64,000 bases of DNA from Octopus sinensis (lineage: Eukaryota), in contig NC_043010.1 in NCBI RefSeq assembly GCF_006345805.1, positions 41,788,001 to 41,852,000 on the forward strand, in the 5' to 3' direction. Position 1 is the first letter of the stretch, and each line of letters begins with the position of its first letter. Made by a program: the position numbers and the translations under genes. Shown here piece by piece: positions 24,355 through 37,450 of the stretch. Below the pieces are notes generated by a model. That model made no database searches and had not been told where the DNA came from. It worked only from the letters and a program-made list of their open reading frames with translations.

Positions 24355-24543
24355 TATGTTTGACTTTTGCTTTATGTCTGTACAAGTTGGCACCAAGGTT
24401 TTTTTTTTTTGGTGTTGTACTAGTGAATGTCTAATACATAAAAAAAAAATAAATAAATAAATAAAAAGTTTGTTTTAAACCTTGGGATTACATAGAGAGT
24501 ATTTTGCGTAGGATATGAGCAGTTCCCATGAGCACTATCTTTT

Positions 24544-24544
<1 letters not shown>
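24351..24544 (-). mobile_element. Dong-like 3' end, subfamily 2
   Basis: KIVLMGTAHILRKILSM* plus 3' UTR ending in (TAA)n. Confidence 0.85.
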
Positions 24545-24576
<32 letters not shown>

Positions 24577-24592
24577 TATTATTATTATTATT

Positions 24593-24635
<43 letters not shown>

Positions 24636-24636
24636 C

Positions 24637-24690
<54 letters not shown>

Positions 24691-24692
<2 letters not shown>

Positions 24693-24969
24693 TATGTTTG
24701 ACTTTTGCTTTATGTCTGTACAAGTTGGCTCTAAGTCTCACCCAGAGACCTCAAGAGACAACAGGTTTGAAGTTCACGTTGTTGTTATGCCTAGTATGCC
24801 ATATATTTGGGGTTTTTTTTGTATTGTACTAGTGAATGTCTAATACACGAAAAAAAAAGAAAAAACTTTTGTTTTAAACCTTGGGATTACATAGAGAGTA
24901 TTTTGCGTAGGATATGAGCAGTTCCCATGAGCACTATCTTTTGAATTTCTGCCATTTTGGGGTTTCCTG

Positions 24970-24970
<1 letters not shown>
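24691..24970 (-). mobile_element. Dong-like 3' end, subfamily 2, near-duplicate of 24351-24544
   Basis: Same C-terminus and UTR, with an extra internal segment. Confidence 0.85.
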
Positions 24971-25013
<43 letters not shown>

Positions 25014-25014
25014 G

Positions 25015-25079
<65 letters not shown>

Positions 25080-25096
25080 TATTATTATTATTATTA

Positions 25097-25426
25097 TTCA
25101 GTAGTTTTATTTTTATAACGTGCTTTCACTTGACTACCGAGCACAGCTCTCTGTGCCTTGGCTATGTGCTGTGGTTTGCTATGATACTCTTATGGTTACT
25201 GTATTGAAAGTGTTTTGCGTAGGATGTGTGCAATGCCAAGGAGTGCAACTTTCTGTATGTTATATATATTTGTATGTTCTGGTGTTTTTGTTATGTATTT
25301 GTCTGAATATCTTTTTATGCGCCCACTATGATAGGAATTGTTTCTGTTTTTAGATTCCACATTCGAGTTACCTCTATTTCCAGGTCTTTGTATTTTGAAA
25401 GTTTCTCTACCTCATTTAGTGAAACG
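25097..25426 (-). mobile_element. Dong-like 3' end, same subfamily as 11433-12483
   Basis: KLSKYKDLEIEVTRMWNLK and a 3' UTR matching 12390-12483. Confidence 0.85.
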
Positions 25427-25440
25427 TTATTATTATTATA

Positions 25441-25904
25441 AGCAATAATAAATCTCTGAACCATGTATAAACAGTAGCTGCACGACAATGTGAAGTATAT
25501 TTTCCACTTAAATGTGGCTAACCACTAAGGGTGGATGCTACTGTAGCTTGTAGCCCTAGGAGAACATCTTCTCCAGCTGGCTATTGACACACTCTCTGTA
25601 CCCTATCAGTATTTGCAAAGGGAAGCCATTCTTCCCATCGTCGACGTGACGTGATACGCACGGACTCGGGTTTCTGAGTATTTACCCGTCGTCAGCGCAC
25701 GACAATCACCGGTCTTCGATGCGAAGGGGTCCCAATGCAAATACATATATCCTTTTTCCAGTGCCGGAAAGTCACTGATCTCGAAAAAGTGTAAACAAGC
25801 AATAATAAATCTCTCAACAAAGTATAAATAGTAGCTGCACGACAATGTGAAGTATAATTGCCACTTAAATGTGGCTAACCACTAAGGGTGGATGCTACTG
25901 AAGC
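25441..25904 (-). mobile_element. Retrozyme-like element: 357-bp unit with 107-bp terminal direct repeats and a type I hammerhead
   Basis: 25441-25547 and 25798-25904 differ at 7 of 107 positions; hammerhead fold lies between them. Confidence 0.6.
25651..25709 (-). ncRNA. Type I hammerhead ribozyme (candidate)
   Basis: GUGAU-UGU-CGUGCG-CUGACGA-C-GGGU-AAAU-ACUC-A-GAAAC-CCGA-GUC/CGUGCG-U-AUCAC: intact core boxes, GUC site, bipartite stem I. Confidence 0.75.
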
Positions 25905-26065
25905 ATGTAAACATTGTTTTGTGCATGATCTGTGCCTGTAAACATTGCTCTTTCACATTAGGGGATGGATTTGTCTGTTTAGGGTAATTTTTTTGAGACA
26001 ACGCCGTCACCGAGTTGTCTGCATGTAATCATTTATTATTATTATTATTATTATATTATTATATT

Positions 26066-26203
<138 letters not shown>

Positions 26204-26237
26204 TTATTATATTATTATTATTATTATTATTATTATT

Positions 26238-26385
26238 ATGAATGTACACACAACAGTTGGAAAAAATCCTAACATGAGGCTGCAACAAGTAACCTTAGAT
26301 GCCAAGAGACCTCTTAGTATTCTTGCTGACTCTAATACAACTGTTTTCTGGAGTACAGCTTTGGTTTTTGGTTTGTATTTGTACA
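26238..26385 (-). mobile_element. Dong-like 3' end, subfamily 3
   Basis: LQKTVVLESARILRGLLASK; UTR similar to 21550-21640; abuts (TAA)n. Confidence 0.75.
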
Positions 26386-26740
26386 AGCTGCCTCCAAGTC
26401 TCACCCAGAGACCGCAAGAGACAACAAGTTAGAAGTTCAAGTTAGTGCTATGACTAGGTTACCATTTATTTAGTTTTGCACAGAGTATTGCTCTAGAGAA
26501 TGTCTATCAAAACATAAGTAAATTAGAATTTTGTTTTAAAAGTAACTTGATTACAAAATGATAGTCTGATGTTAAGATGACACTAAAAAGTATTTGCCAT
26601 TATGTACACTTAAAAGTATTTTGATATTGTTTACGGATTAAAATAGTCTTGGGATTACATAGACAATATTTTACGTAGAATATAGGCAGTTCTCACGAGC
26701 TCTATTTTTTGAATTTCTTCCACTTTTGGAGAAATATCCC
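26385..26740 (-). mobile_element. Dong-like 3' end, diverged subfamily 2
   Basis: PKVEEIQKIELVRTAYILRKILSM*. Confidence 0.7.
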
Positions 26741-27243
26741 TATTAGTACAGAAGGTAAAAAAATTTGTTCAACTTTTAGCTGTTATAACCGGTTACTTAG
26801 TATAAAAAACATATAAAAACGTTTGAAATAATTCTATGTTGTACTACATTTATTTGAAATAAGCTTTAAACCCTGTGAAAATTTAGTAGCTCATCAATAT
26901 AAATTTTTATGCAGTCATTTGCTTTGATACAAATTTGTACTTTTATGAAGTTTACCAGCCGACTAAGAATTGCATCGAATATCGATTATTTGGATAGTAG
27001 TTCGCGAATTGAATAAACTGAATGTACGAATAAAATCTTTCGCCGAGATCTAAAACTAAAAATTGGAAACAAAAATAGAAGACTGTTGTGAAGCAACAGT
27101 AGGTCAATATGTTTTTGAGTGATCTTTATTAGTATATGCTTTAAAGAATGGGGCGACTGAAGTTTGAAAACGAGTTCATAAATAGCAGGTATTTGGAGAT
27201 GATACTTGAATACAACAGTAATATATATATATATGTATGTATG

Positions 27244-27613
27244 CTCTTTGCTCTTTTGCTTGTTTCAGTCATTTGACTGTGGCCATGCTGGAGCACCGCC
27301 TTTAGTCGAACGAATCGACCCCAGGACTTATTCTTTGTAAGCCTAGTACATATTCTATCGGTCTCTTTTGCCGAACCGCTAGGAACGTAAACACACCAGC
27401 ATCGGTTGTCAAGCGATGTTGGGAGTACAAACACAGACGCACGTATATACGACGGGCTTCTTTCAGTTTCCGTCTACCAAATCCACTCACAAGGCTTTGG
27501 ACAGCCCGAGGCTATAGTAGAAGACACTTGCCCAAGGTGCCATGCAGTGGGACTGAACCCGGAACCATGAGGTTGGTAAACAAGGTACTTATCACACAGC
27601 CACTCCTGCGCCT
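27244..27613 (-). mobile_element. SINE family A, full length
   Basis: Complete head, core and tail. Confidence 0.9.
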
Positions 27614-29806
27614 ACACTCCTGTGTAGTTAATAAGACTTTTGTAATCGAATAGAGACAAATTTATTATTTCTTAGGAAAGATATGACTTCCACAAGTCTT
27701 ATGTAATACAAGAGTAAGTCTTATTTGATACTTAATAAAATAACTTGATTGTAAGAAGTTTTCGAATTTTGAACTATGGTAAAATCTTGTGCCTTTTAAA
27801 ATCTTATGCATTATGAATGCCAATTTCAGACAGAAATCATGGTCATTATGGTACTTGACGGTACTTGAATCACTCATCGATTGTTTTCCGGCTAACCGAT
27901 TACACTACAAGGTACCTGTGATTTAGATTCTAAAATGAATCTTTTTAGTCTTCATCGTTTTTCATTTTACCTCATTAGATGATTGGTCAGTTACTTAACG
28001 CTGTAGGATTGATCGGTGCCTATAATATGATTAAATAAATCATTATATGTATTATATATCTGATTAAATAAGTCATTCATGTTTCTATTGTATAAGTGAA
28101 ATTAATCACTTTCAACATACGATGAAATAACCGAAAATCCATCATTATTATCCGCATGTACCACCGAAAGATCGAAAAAATATTACGTGTTAACACAAAT
28201 TTCGGAATTAAACCAAGGGTCTCACGACAGGCATGGTATAGAGAAAGCCTAAAATTATTGAAAGTATAAGAAGGGACTGCAATATCACTGGATATAAACA
28301 CAAATAAATGAGATGTTGTCTTGAGTGGTATATTGTTGTCTGTCGCAACCATTAATTCTGTTATGAATTTTCCTTTTTTTAAAAGTAAGTAAATCAACAA
28401 TCACCGTCAGCATTTCTCAAAATCCATTGCCCTGAATAATGAGCTGACTATATTTCACTTTCTGTTTTGAAATGTGGATGCAGGCTTTTGTGTTCTCTAG
28501 GCTTAAAAAAGAAAATTCTGTAATCGATATTGACCCGTTGTATTTATTACAAGTATCTCCAAGTAAACAATCAATAATGAAACAACTGACAAATTGTGAA
28601 TCTCAGCTATAAACTCAAGCAGGATCCATATAACTAGCCATTAATTTATAGTACGAACAGGATAAAGCAAAATCAATGCTACTAAATTTCAATATATCAG
28701 AACGATCTTTATTCTTCAATATTTTTTCGAAAGGTTACGAAAAGGTTACGACCAAAACAAAAAAAAGCGCAAGTCTCTTCAATGGGTAACATCTTACGTG
28801 TTTCAGTGGTGATTTCAAAACTGTGTTGTCTCTATATATTCGGTGTATCCTACCATAGTGTTTTCTTTACAGCTCTGTTAAGATCCACTTCAGTGTTCTT
28901 TGTTCACCCAATATATACATTCACTAAGCAACAAGATACCAATCACTCGCCTTGCTAAAGATTGCTCTCTAATTTCCTTCAAATCACATTGTCCAGTAAA
29001 GACAAATTGGAGATGTACCTATATCCAGAAAGAATAAGTTGTTTAAGTCTAGAAGCCTTTTGTTCATAAATATGCTCGATTATGGCTGAGCTGTGGCCTA
29101 ACAGTAACAACAACAGATATAGATATTGATAACACAGAGTCCTCCTAATTATCTTACTCATATATTATATATTGCTAACTTTCACAAGTCTCGCCAGAAT
29201 TTCTGATTTACAGTTACCTGAGGCTAATCAACAGCATCAATATTTTTTGATAATTTTCCAGTTTTACACTGGTAAAACTACATAAAAGAGACTTAACTCA
29301 GTTTCTGAGGCTACGAACTACTTTGTACTTAAGTAGCCTGTATCTTTTTGTTGCCAATACCGATCTTACATATCATCAATACGTCTTATAAATTGTCTCA
29401 TATCTCGATATTCTGCATTTTCCAACATGCAAATTCAAAGTACAGCGTGCACATGTCCCAGTTCTCCAGTTTTGTGGCGTCCCGAAAGAATGCACCGGGA
29501 CAGTAATTTTTCCTGGTTATTTAAAGATATTTTCCTAATTGCTTGAATGAAAGTGTTTCTAAGATGTCTGCTCTCTACAAATCTTTTAGTTTAGAAAGTA
29601 CAACCTTGATTTAAAATTAGTTTATCAATTTTTATGTGAAGCCTTTGATTAATCATGTATTGATTTGTTATGGTTCATATCTCGTGATTTTGACTATTTT
29701 AATTTTGGTTACTATTTTTCAATAAATGATTTTACAAAGTACTTTATCAATAATATTTATTCTTGTACGTACACAGATGTTTACTCCCTACCAATCTAAA
29801 TGTATA

Positions 29807-29857
<51 letters not shown>

Positions 29858-29872
29858 CAATATATATATATA

Positions 29873-29921
<49 letters not shown>

Positions 29922-30084
29922 GAAATGTAATAAATAAAAATATAAAGAGATAAACAATAGAGGAGTGGTATGAGAGGAGGGCAAGTTTTAACAAATATTT
30001 ATCAGTTCACACTTCAAAAGAAGAAAAAGAAAGAAAAGAAAGCATTAACGGCTCAGGCGTTTGTCCTTCATCAGAAACAAAGCG

Positions 30085-30330
30085 TATTCTTTCTTTATTC
30101 TTTTATTTGTTTCACTCATTTGACTGCGGCCATGCTGGAGCACCGCCTATATTCGAGCAAATCGCCCCCAGGACTTATTCTTTGTAAGTCTAGTACTTAT
30201 TCTATCGGTATCTTTTTCCGAACCGCTAAGTGACAGGGACATAAACACACCAGCATCGGTTGTCAAGCGATTCTGAGGCGCAGGGGGGGACAAACACAGA
30301 TGCACAAACATATATATGGGTGTGTATGCC

Positions 30331-30360
<30 letters not shown>
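30085..30360 (-). mobile_element. SINE family A, 3' half
   Basis: Similarity to the other copies. Confidence 0.85.
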
Positions 30361-30367
<7 letters not shown>

Positions 30368-30449
30368 GCTGGTATCTACATACGTAACCTGCGTTATAAA
30401 TAAGTTATAAATAAGGTGTTATCTAATATTGAAATATTTAAATGCTTTT

Positions 30450-31170
30450 CTATATTTATGGAAACATTTCATCGTAAGACTAGTTCTACAGATTAATAAT
30501 TTTAATTTGGATGCAATTGTATAATACATTTCCTCTTGGGAAAGAGCCTACTTAAAGTTACCAGTATTGTACGTTGGAGCGTTACAAATAATGGACCACT
30601 TTATATCGTAGCTAACATTCCTGCCTTTCAAATCTCAAATGTATTTACTAAGATCCGTAGAATTAAATTTTCCCCTAAACTTAAATGAAGAAGAATGGTT
30701 ATGTAATCTAGATTTCCAAGTAGTAGCAAAACATATATAATAATACGTACGATCACCTGTAATTATCATACATTTATATACTTCCTTAAACACTGATTTC
30801 CCAAAGGTTTGTTTTCGAAATCATAAAGACGTTTATTCACTTGAATGTGATACTCCAGGAAATTGTCTATGTATACAGTTAAGAACGTTTATAGTTTAAT
30901 TCCTTGGGGTAATTGATTGGTTCATTGCTATTAAGGGTAAGAAACGTACTAAATTCATTCAATGAGATATCTTGAATTATAAAGTCATCTATCAACCCTA
31001 GTCTACTTAATAAGGCCTTAAACTCAGAGATGAAGAATTCAGATTTATCTAAACGGGAAAGTGATATAATACTAACGGCGTGGAAAACCATAATAGAATT
31101 CGATAGAAAGTACTGAGTCAGGAAGGATAGACCTGATAATTTCGACATTGCTATTGGGTTCAGCGATTCC
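30450..31170 (-). pseudogene. Decayed Penelope-like element, GIY-YIG endonuclease region
   Basis: ATTWKSRLHNHSSSFKF..NSTDLSKYI*DLKGRNVSYDIKWSII. Confidence 0.6.
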
Positions 31171-31280
31171 GTACAGATAATTGATTTAGTCAGTATTTAC
31201 TTTCGTAACAAACACTAAACACGGACAAAAAAAAAAAAACACAGCTTGGAGAAGCATGAGATTAAAACATTGAAAAATAT

Positions 31281-31480
31281 TCTTTCCTATTCTAGGCACA
31301 AGGCCCGAAATTTTGTGAGGAGGTCAGTTGATTAGATCGACCCCAGTACGTAACTAGTACTTGATTTATCGACCCCGAAAGGATTAAAGGCAAAGTCGAC
31401 CTCGGCAGAATTTGAACTCAGAACGAAAAGACAGACGAAATACCGCTAAGCATTTCGCCCGGTGTGCTAACGGTTCTGCC
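31281..31480 (-). mobile_element. SINE family D
   Basis: Reverse-complement match to 6814-7035. Confidence 0.8.
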
Positions 31481-31529
31481 CATTAAAAAAATATTGTCAT
31501 TCGCCTTAGGAACTCTACAATAAGTACCT

Positions 31530-32230
31530 CACCAACAAAACCGTCTGAGTAGAAGATATCTAAATAGATTTAGATAGGTTTAGATTGTTTTAAAGAATAT
31601 TTTCTAAAATGAGTTTAAAATGTAAATTTAAACCATAGGGCAAATAGTTTCCAACATAAATTACAAGAATTCTTTGAACGTTTCAAAACTTCTCAAAATA
31701 TATTTATGAAACATACGAAACAAAAGAACGTTTATGAGGTAAACAGTCGTACACACAAAAATTACGAAGTGATGATATAACAAAGACGGAAAAAAACTAA
31801 CTCTAAGACCTATAATTTTCTTAACAGTTAAGCAAAAAAATCTAGCTACGTGATTTAATACTGATGATAAAGCAGAACGACTTACTCCACGAAAATCTTT
31901 TTTAATCCTAAAAGATCATAAAGCCAATTTCATACAAAATCCGACCTGTAGATTAATAAAGCCAATCAAAAGCGAAATACCTATCATTGACAAATCAATA
32001 CTAGTATCATTTGACATATTAAAGTCAACTCAATCCTTATTCAACAGTTATATAGTTACATCACTATTGAATACTTTAAGCAAATTAATGATAGACCTAA
32101 ATGCAAATTTAACCAATTTCTCATTGGGTAGTTTTAACCTTCGCTCTCCAAAAGACCTCCTCTTAGAAGGGCTAGAGGTTAGCAAAGTATACGCAACTGT
32201 AACTGCCACAATAATGGATTCAAGAAAATC
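31530..32230 (+). pseudogene. Decayed Penelope-like RT N-terminal fragment
   Basis: LKDHKANFIQNPTCRLIKPIKSE resembles the Penelope/Poseidon RT motif LKDHK.NF..NP.CRLI. Confidence 0.6.
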
Positions 32231-32666
32231 ACTACGCTTCTACGACGATTCCTATTTGTAAAAAACATGCGCACAGACACATGTACACGCACACACACAC
32301 ACACGCACGCACATGTACACACATGTGCATGTATGTACGTGTGTGAGCAACTGTTTCTTGAAGACACATCTTGTAATTGCTCGAAATGTGGAGTAGATAA
32401 AAAGCCGACAACTGATGAAGGGACGCTCTTTACGTTAACTTGTCTTGTTTTCCATATGTTTCTTTCGTTCTCCGCGAAAAAACTTCGTATTCCATGTTTT
32501 CGTATTTCATATTTCATGTTATTTACATTTTATGCCCTGTACCCATACATGCATATGTATATACATATATGTATGTATATATGCATATATATAATAATAT
32601 ATATATATTATTTATATTATTATACGATTGAACGCCACGCATACATTTCCAAGTAAGTTTGTATAT

Positions 32667-32746
<80 letters not shown>

Positions 32747-32749
32747 TAA

Positions 32750-35330
32750 TAAATCGAAAACAAAGCGAAGATCATATACAAGAAATAAACAACAGCGTGA
32801 GGACGTGGTACATGCGAAGTATTAGCAGATGCTCAGGTAAGGAAAGAATGGTGGTTTTACGTTTCGAGCAAAGCTCTTCTTCAGAACCAGGTGACAAAGG
32901 AAAGTCCAAGAGGAAAGGAAGAGAGAGGAAAGTCCAATAGGAAAGGAAGACAGAGGGAAAAATCATCAACGATTCACATGTAGTTTCATTTTGAAGTGAT
33001 CGAAAATGAATGGGTGAAGAAAAAGTTCTTTCTAAGACAGGATAGTGTAAGAGAAGTAGGTATATGTGGGTGTGTGCGAGTAATAGCGTGTGTGTGTATG
33101 TGTGCGTTGTGTGTGTGATGTTTGTGTGGTGTTGGCTGTTTATATGTACATGTGTGATTGAACTTTGTCTCTTAATGTTTTAGGAAGAATTCAGCGGAAT
33201 GGTAACCGGAGAGGTGGTCTTTTGTGTAGTTGTGTGTCTCTACACATGTGAGTAGAGGAATGGTCAGTAGAAAGGTGTTTGACTGGCAGTTTGAAATATA
33301 TGTGTACGTGTGTGTGCGTGTATGTATATGTTGTGTATGTGTGTTTTGTTTGTGGTGTCTGTGTGTACGTGTGTGTATGAGCGTGTGTGTATGCGTGTGT
33401 GCATGGAGTTGTGTGGGTTGTGTGTGAGGAGTTTTATGAGCGTTCCTGTATGTGTACGTGCGTGTGTGTATGCGTGTGTGTGTATGTGCCTGTGCGTATG
33501 TGCCTGTGTGTATGCCGATGTATGTGTAATTGTGTGCGTGTATGTATGAGTGTGTCTTGTGTGTGTGGGAGGTATGTATGCGTTCATGTGCGTATGTAGG
33601 TGTATGTGTGTACGTGTGTGTGCGTGTGTGTGTATTTGCGTGTGTATATGTGTGTGTGTACGTGGGTTGTTTATGTAGTGCTTGTATATGTGTGTCTGTG
33701 TGTGTGCGTATGTGTGCGTATGTGTGTGTACGTGTGTGTGCGTGTATGTATATGTTGTGTATGTGTGTTTTGTTTGTGGTGTCTGTGTGTACGTGTGTGT
33801 ATGAGCGTGTGTGTATGCGTGTGTGCATGGAGTTGTGTGGGTTGTGTGTGAGGAGTTTTATGAGCGTTCCTGTATGTGTACGTGCGTGTGTGTATGCGTG
33901 TGTGTGTGTATATGTGTGTGTGTACGTGTGTGTGCGTGTGTGTGCGTATGTGTGCGTATGTGTGCGTATGTGTGCGTATGTGTGCGTATGTGTGTGTACG
34001 TGTGTGTGCGTGTGTGTGCGTATGTGTGTGTACGTGTGTGTGCGTGTGTGTGCGTATGTGTGCGTATGTGTGCGTATGTGTGTGTACGTGTGTGTGCGTG
34101 TGTGTGCGTATGTGTGTGTACGTTTGCGTGTGTATATGTGTGTGTGTACGTGGGTTGTTTATGTAGTGCTTGTATATGTGTGTCTGTGTGTGTGCGTATG
34201 TGTGCGTATGTGTGTGTACGTGTGTGTGTGTATATGTGTGTGTGCACGTGAGATTACGTGTAGAGGTATATGTGTGTTCGTTTGTGTGCGTACACGCGTG
34301 TGTGTGCATGTGTGCACGTGTGTGTATGTGCGTGTGTATGTGTGTCTGCGTGTGTGAACGTGTGTGTATGTGCGCATGTGTGTGTTGATGTATGTGCGTG
34401 TTGTGTGCGTGTGGTGTGTGTTGTGTGTGTGCATGTATGTGTGAATATGCATGTGTGTATGTATGTGCGTGCATGCATGTGTGTGCATGTATGTTATGTA
34501 TATGTGTGTATGGTGTGTGTGGGAGGTATATATGCGTACATGTGTGCGCGTGCGTGTGTGTGTATATGTATGTGTGTGTATGCAGAAATAAAATATAATA
34601 AAATAAGACCGATAAAAAAGGGAAAAAGGGGGAAGGGTAGAAGATGAAAAAATTTTAAAAATGAATAAAAAATGCAAAAGATAACAGACACAAGATAAAA
34701 AATGAAAAATTAAAAATTAAAAATTAAAAGGATAAAGTAGAAATTAATACAATTATGAAAAAATTAATACAATTAAAAGATTAAAATATTCGATGGAAAA
34801 ACGATAAAAAACGATAAAAAATCCAAAAAATGATAAAAGGTAATAGTGTAAAAAAGTGGGTATAAAAGACGATGAAATAAAATAAAAAGTTGCCTTTTTA
34901 AGGGGGGTGTAGAGACAGTCGTTATGAGGAGGGGGTTGTTTTGAGTCCCAAAGGAGTTTGTGTTTGTAGACTGAAAATGCAACGCTGTTCCAGGCGGAGT
35001 CGGAAGTGTGTGGATCCGTAGATGTTCGGTGAACCGGTCGGCCTGCCGGCGGCTCGTCTGACCAACGTACAGTTTATTGCAGAGACTACATCTAATGCTA
35101 TTGCATTAGATGAGGCTTGAAGAGATGGTCCAGAAGGAGTTTCTAATGTGCGGGGTGGGGTGCTAGTTGTATTTAGAGAGGGAGGTGGTGTTTGTGATGC
35201 AAAGCCAACATCCAGAGACATTCTTCCTTTTCCTGGGACTACCGTATTAAGTTGGCAACAAACCATCACTTTATTGTGCCGCTACTGTATAAGTGTCTCT
35301 GAGAGATTTAGAAATGTAATATTTCTAATT
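32750..35330 (-). mobile_element. PLE 3' portion: GIY-YIG remnant, microsatellite-expanded 3' region and hammerhead-bearing terminus
   Basis: CSLCNKLYVGQTSRRQADRFTEHLR at about 35000-35100; duplicated TG-rich blocks 33300-34590; CUGAAGA..GAAAC at 32850-32890. Continuity as one element is inferred. Confidence 0.6.
32850..32890 (-). ncRNA. Minimal type I hammerhead-like motif
   Basis: UGGUU-CUGAAGA-A-GAGC-UUU-GCUC-GAAAC-GUA-AAACCA. Confidence 0.55.
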
Positions 35331-37450
35331 TTATAGATCAGTGAATTTATTTCATTTGAAATTCTATAAGTTTTCAAAGGCAAATAAGCATCGACAGCCA
35401 GCAAGCCAAGAGTACTACAAAAATTTATTACTCTCCATGTTGGAAAATAATATTTACTATGAGAAGATAGTACCACAGAAGACACTTAAAAACTTATCCT
35501 CCTTACTTCAAATACATGGAAAGGGCCTCACTAAAAATGAAATTGACTATTTATCCACTTTTAAATACAGACCTAGTCTATTCTACGGGTTACCTAAAAT
35601 ACACAAAATTCTACATATTTGTAAAGCTTGCAAAGTTTCTCCAAGCCTATGCATTAATGTTCCTCCCATAACTGACCTCAAACTGAGACCCATCATTACA
35701 GGCCCTGCTTGTGAAACCCACCGTTTGAGTAACTTCCTCGACATCTTACTCAAACCGTTTCTAAAATATGTGAAAAGCTTCACCAGGGATGACTTAGACA
35801 TGCTTAACCACCTACCGAAGACAGTAAATGAAGGAACCCTGTTAGTATCATTCGATGTGGTGAATTTGTACACCAATACCCCACACGAGTATGGTATAAT
35901 ATCAATCACCTTTTGGCTAGAAAAATACCCAGAAGAGATCCCAGGACGCATAAACCACAGGTTCATAATCGCAGCACTGAAATTCATCCTAATGAACGAC
36001 TATTTCATGTTCAATACAGTTTACCATTGACAAAAATGTGGAATTGCAATGGGAACCCGAGCTGCTCCAGTGATTGTGAACCTGGTAATGGGTTACCTAG
36101 AACTTAAAATTTACCAATCATCACTACAAAAATATGGCACCTCATTTTATTGCTATTTAAAGGAGAACTGGAAAAGGTATTTGGACGATTGCTTTATACT
36201 TTGGAAAGACAGCACGGACAAACTCCTCGATTTCAAAATAATGCTTAACAATATTAATAGCAACATACAATTCACCATGGAGCAGAGCAGTAAACAATCC
36301 CCTTTCCTTGACATCCTAATTAAAATAGTCAATAACCACATCGAAACAGACACCTTCTATAAACCCACAGATTCTAAACAATACCTATTATTCAACTCAT
36401 GCCACCCCAAACGCATAAGAATTAATATACCAAAAATAATCTGTGCCATAGTTTCGGACACCTATACTCGTGAATGAAGACTCCTTGAATTCAGATCAAT
36501 ACTAATCAAGAGACATTACCCAACATCATTAATAAATGATGGTATTAAACGAGCTAAGGAAATAGATATACGAAAATTAAGGGAAGTCAACTGAAATACT
36601 ACACCAGATTTTAAAATACTCCCATACATCTCCACACATAACCCTAGAAACAACGAAGCCTTCAACATTATCATCCAAAATTTACCCATCTTCACATGAG
36701 ATAAAACAATGAACAAAATTTTAGACTCACACAAAATTATCAAAAGCAAAATGCAACCTAAATCATCGAAAAAATATTAACCAGTGCAAGACTATATCCA
36801 TTAACAACGGAACCAAAAGTGAAAAAATGTGGTTGACCTAACTGTGGTACATGCCCCCACCTTTTGGAGGGTTCAGAGTTCCATTTTAAGCAAGGTGAAA
36901 TATTTAAGATAATATCAAATTTCACCTGTGCCTCGGAAAATCTAATCTATGCCATTACATGCTTAGGGTGTGGTAATCATTATATTGGCCAAACAGGAAT
37001 ATCACTCCGTCGAAGAACCACTCACCACATAGAACAAATCCGTCACCCACAATACAGATAGATACAGGTCAGTGAATACAGAGAAAGGTGTGCTAGGAAC
37101 CTTAATCTTAATTTCCTAATTTTCCCCTTCTATCAATGTTCACAGAATACCTCAGTACAGCAAAGAATGAATAAAGAGGCAACTTTCATCAATAAATATC
37201 TTCTACAACTCAATATGAATACATAACTTAAAACAGAACACTACTAACCTTTCAATTAATACCACCCATACATCCTATATACCATTCATATTACAGAACT
37301 ATATCTACTATAACTGCACAAAATCCAGAACTACTTACCTCCCTTACACATAAACTTTTTACCCAGGAACTAGTAGATCCGACACTGTACGGTAACCGGT
37401 GTGTATTCAAAGCAGTAATCAGTAATTTTACGAAACCAATATGCTTTCGA
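35330..37450 (+). mobile_element. Penelope-like element (Neptune-like), RT plus GIY-YIG, multiply disrupted
   Basis: FYGLPKIHK, LRPII, SFDVVNLYT, MGT..AP, RYLDD; CG*PNCGTC linker; NLIYAITCLGCGNHYIGQT. Confidence 0.92.

Noticed and set aside
25470-25560. HDV-like double-pseudoknot order of pairings (GGCUA/UAGCC, ACAGUAGC/GCUACUGU, CCAC/GUGG) in the direct repeat, minus strand
   Set aside because: No GG for P1.1, L3 does not fit and J4/2 is non-canonical; it may be structured but is not supportable as an HDV-like ribozyme
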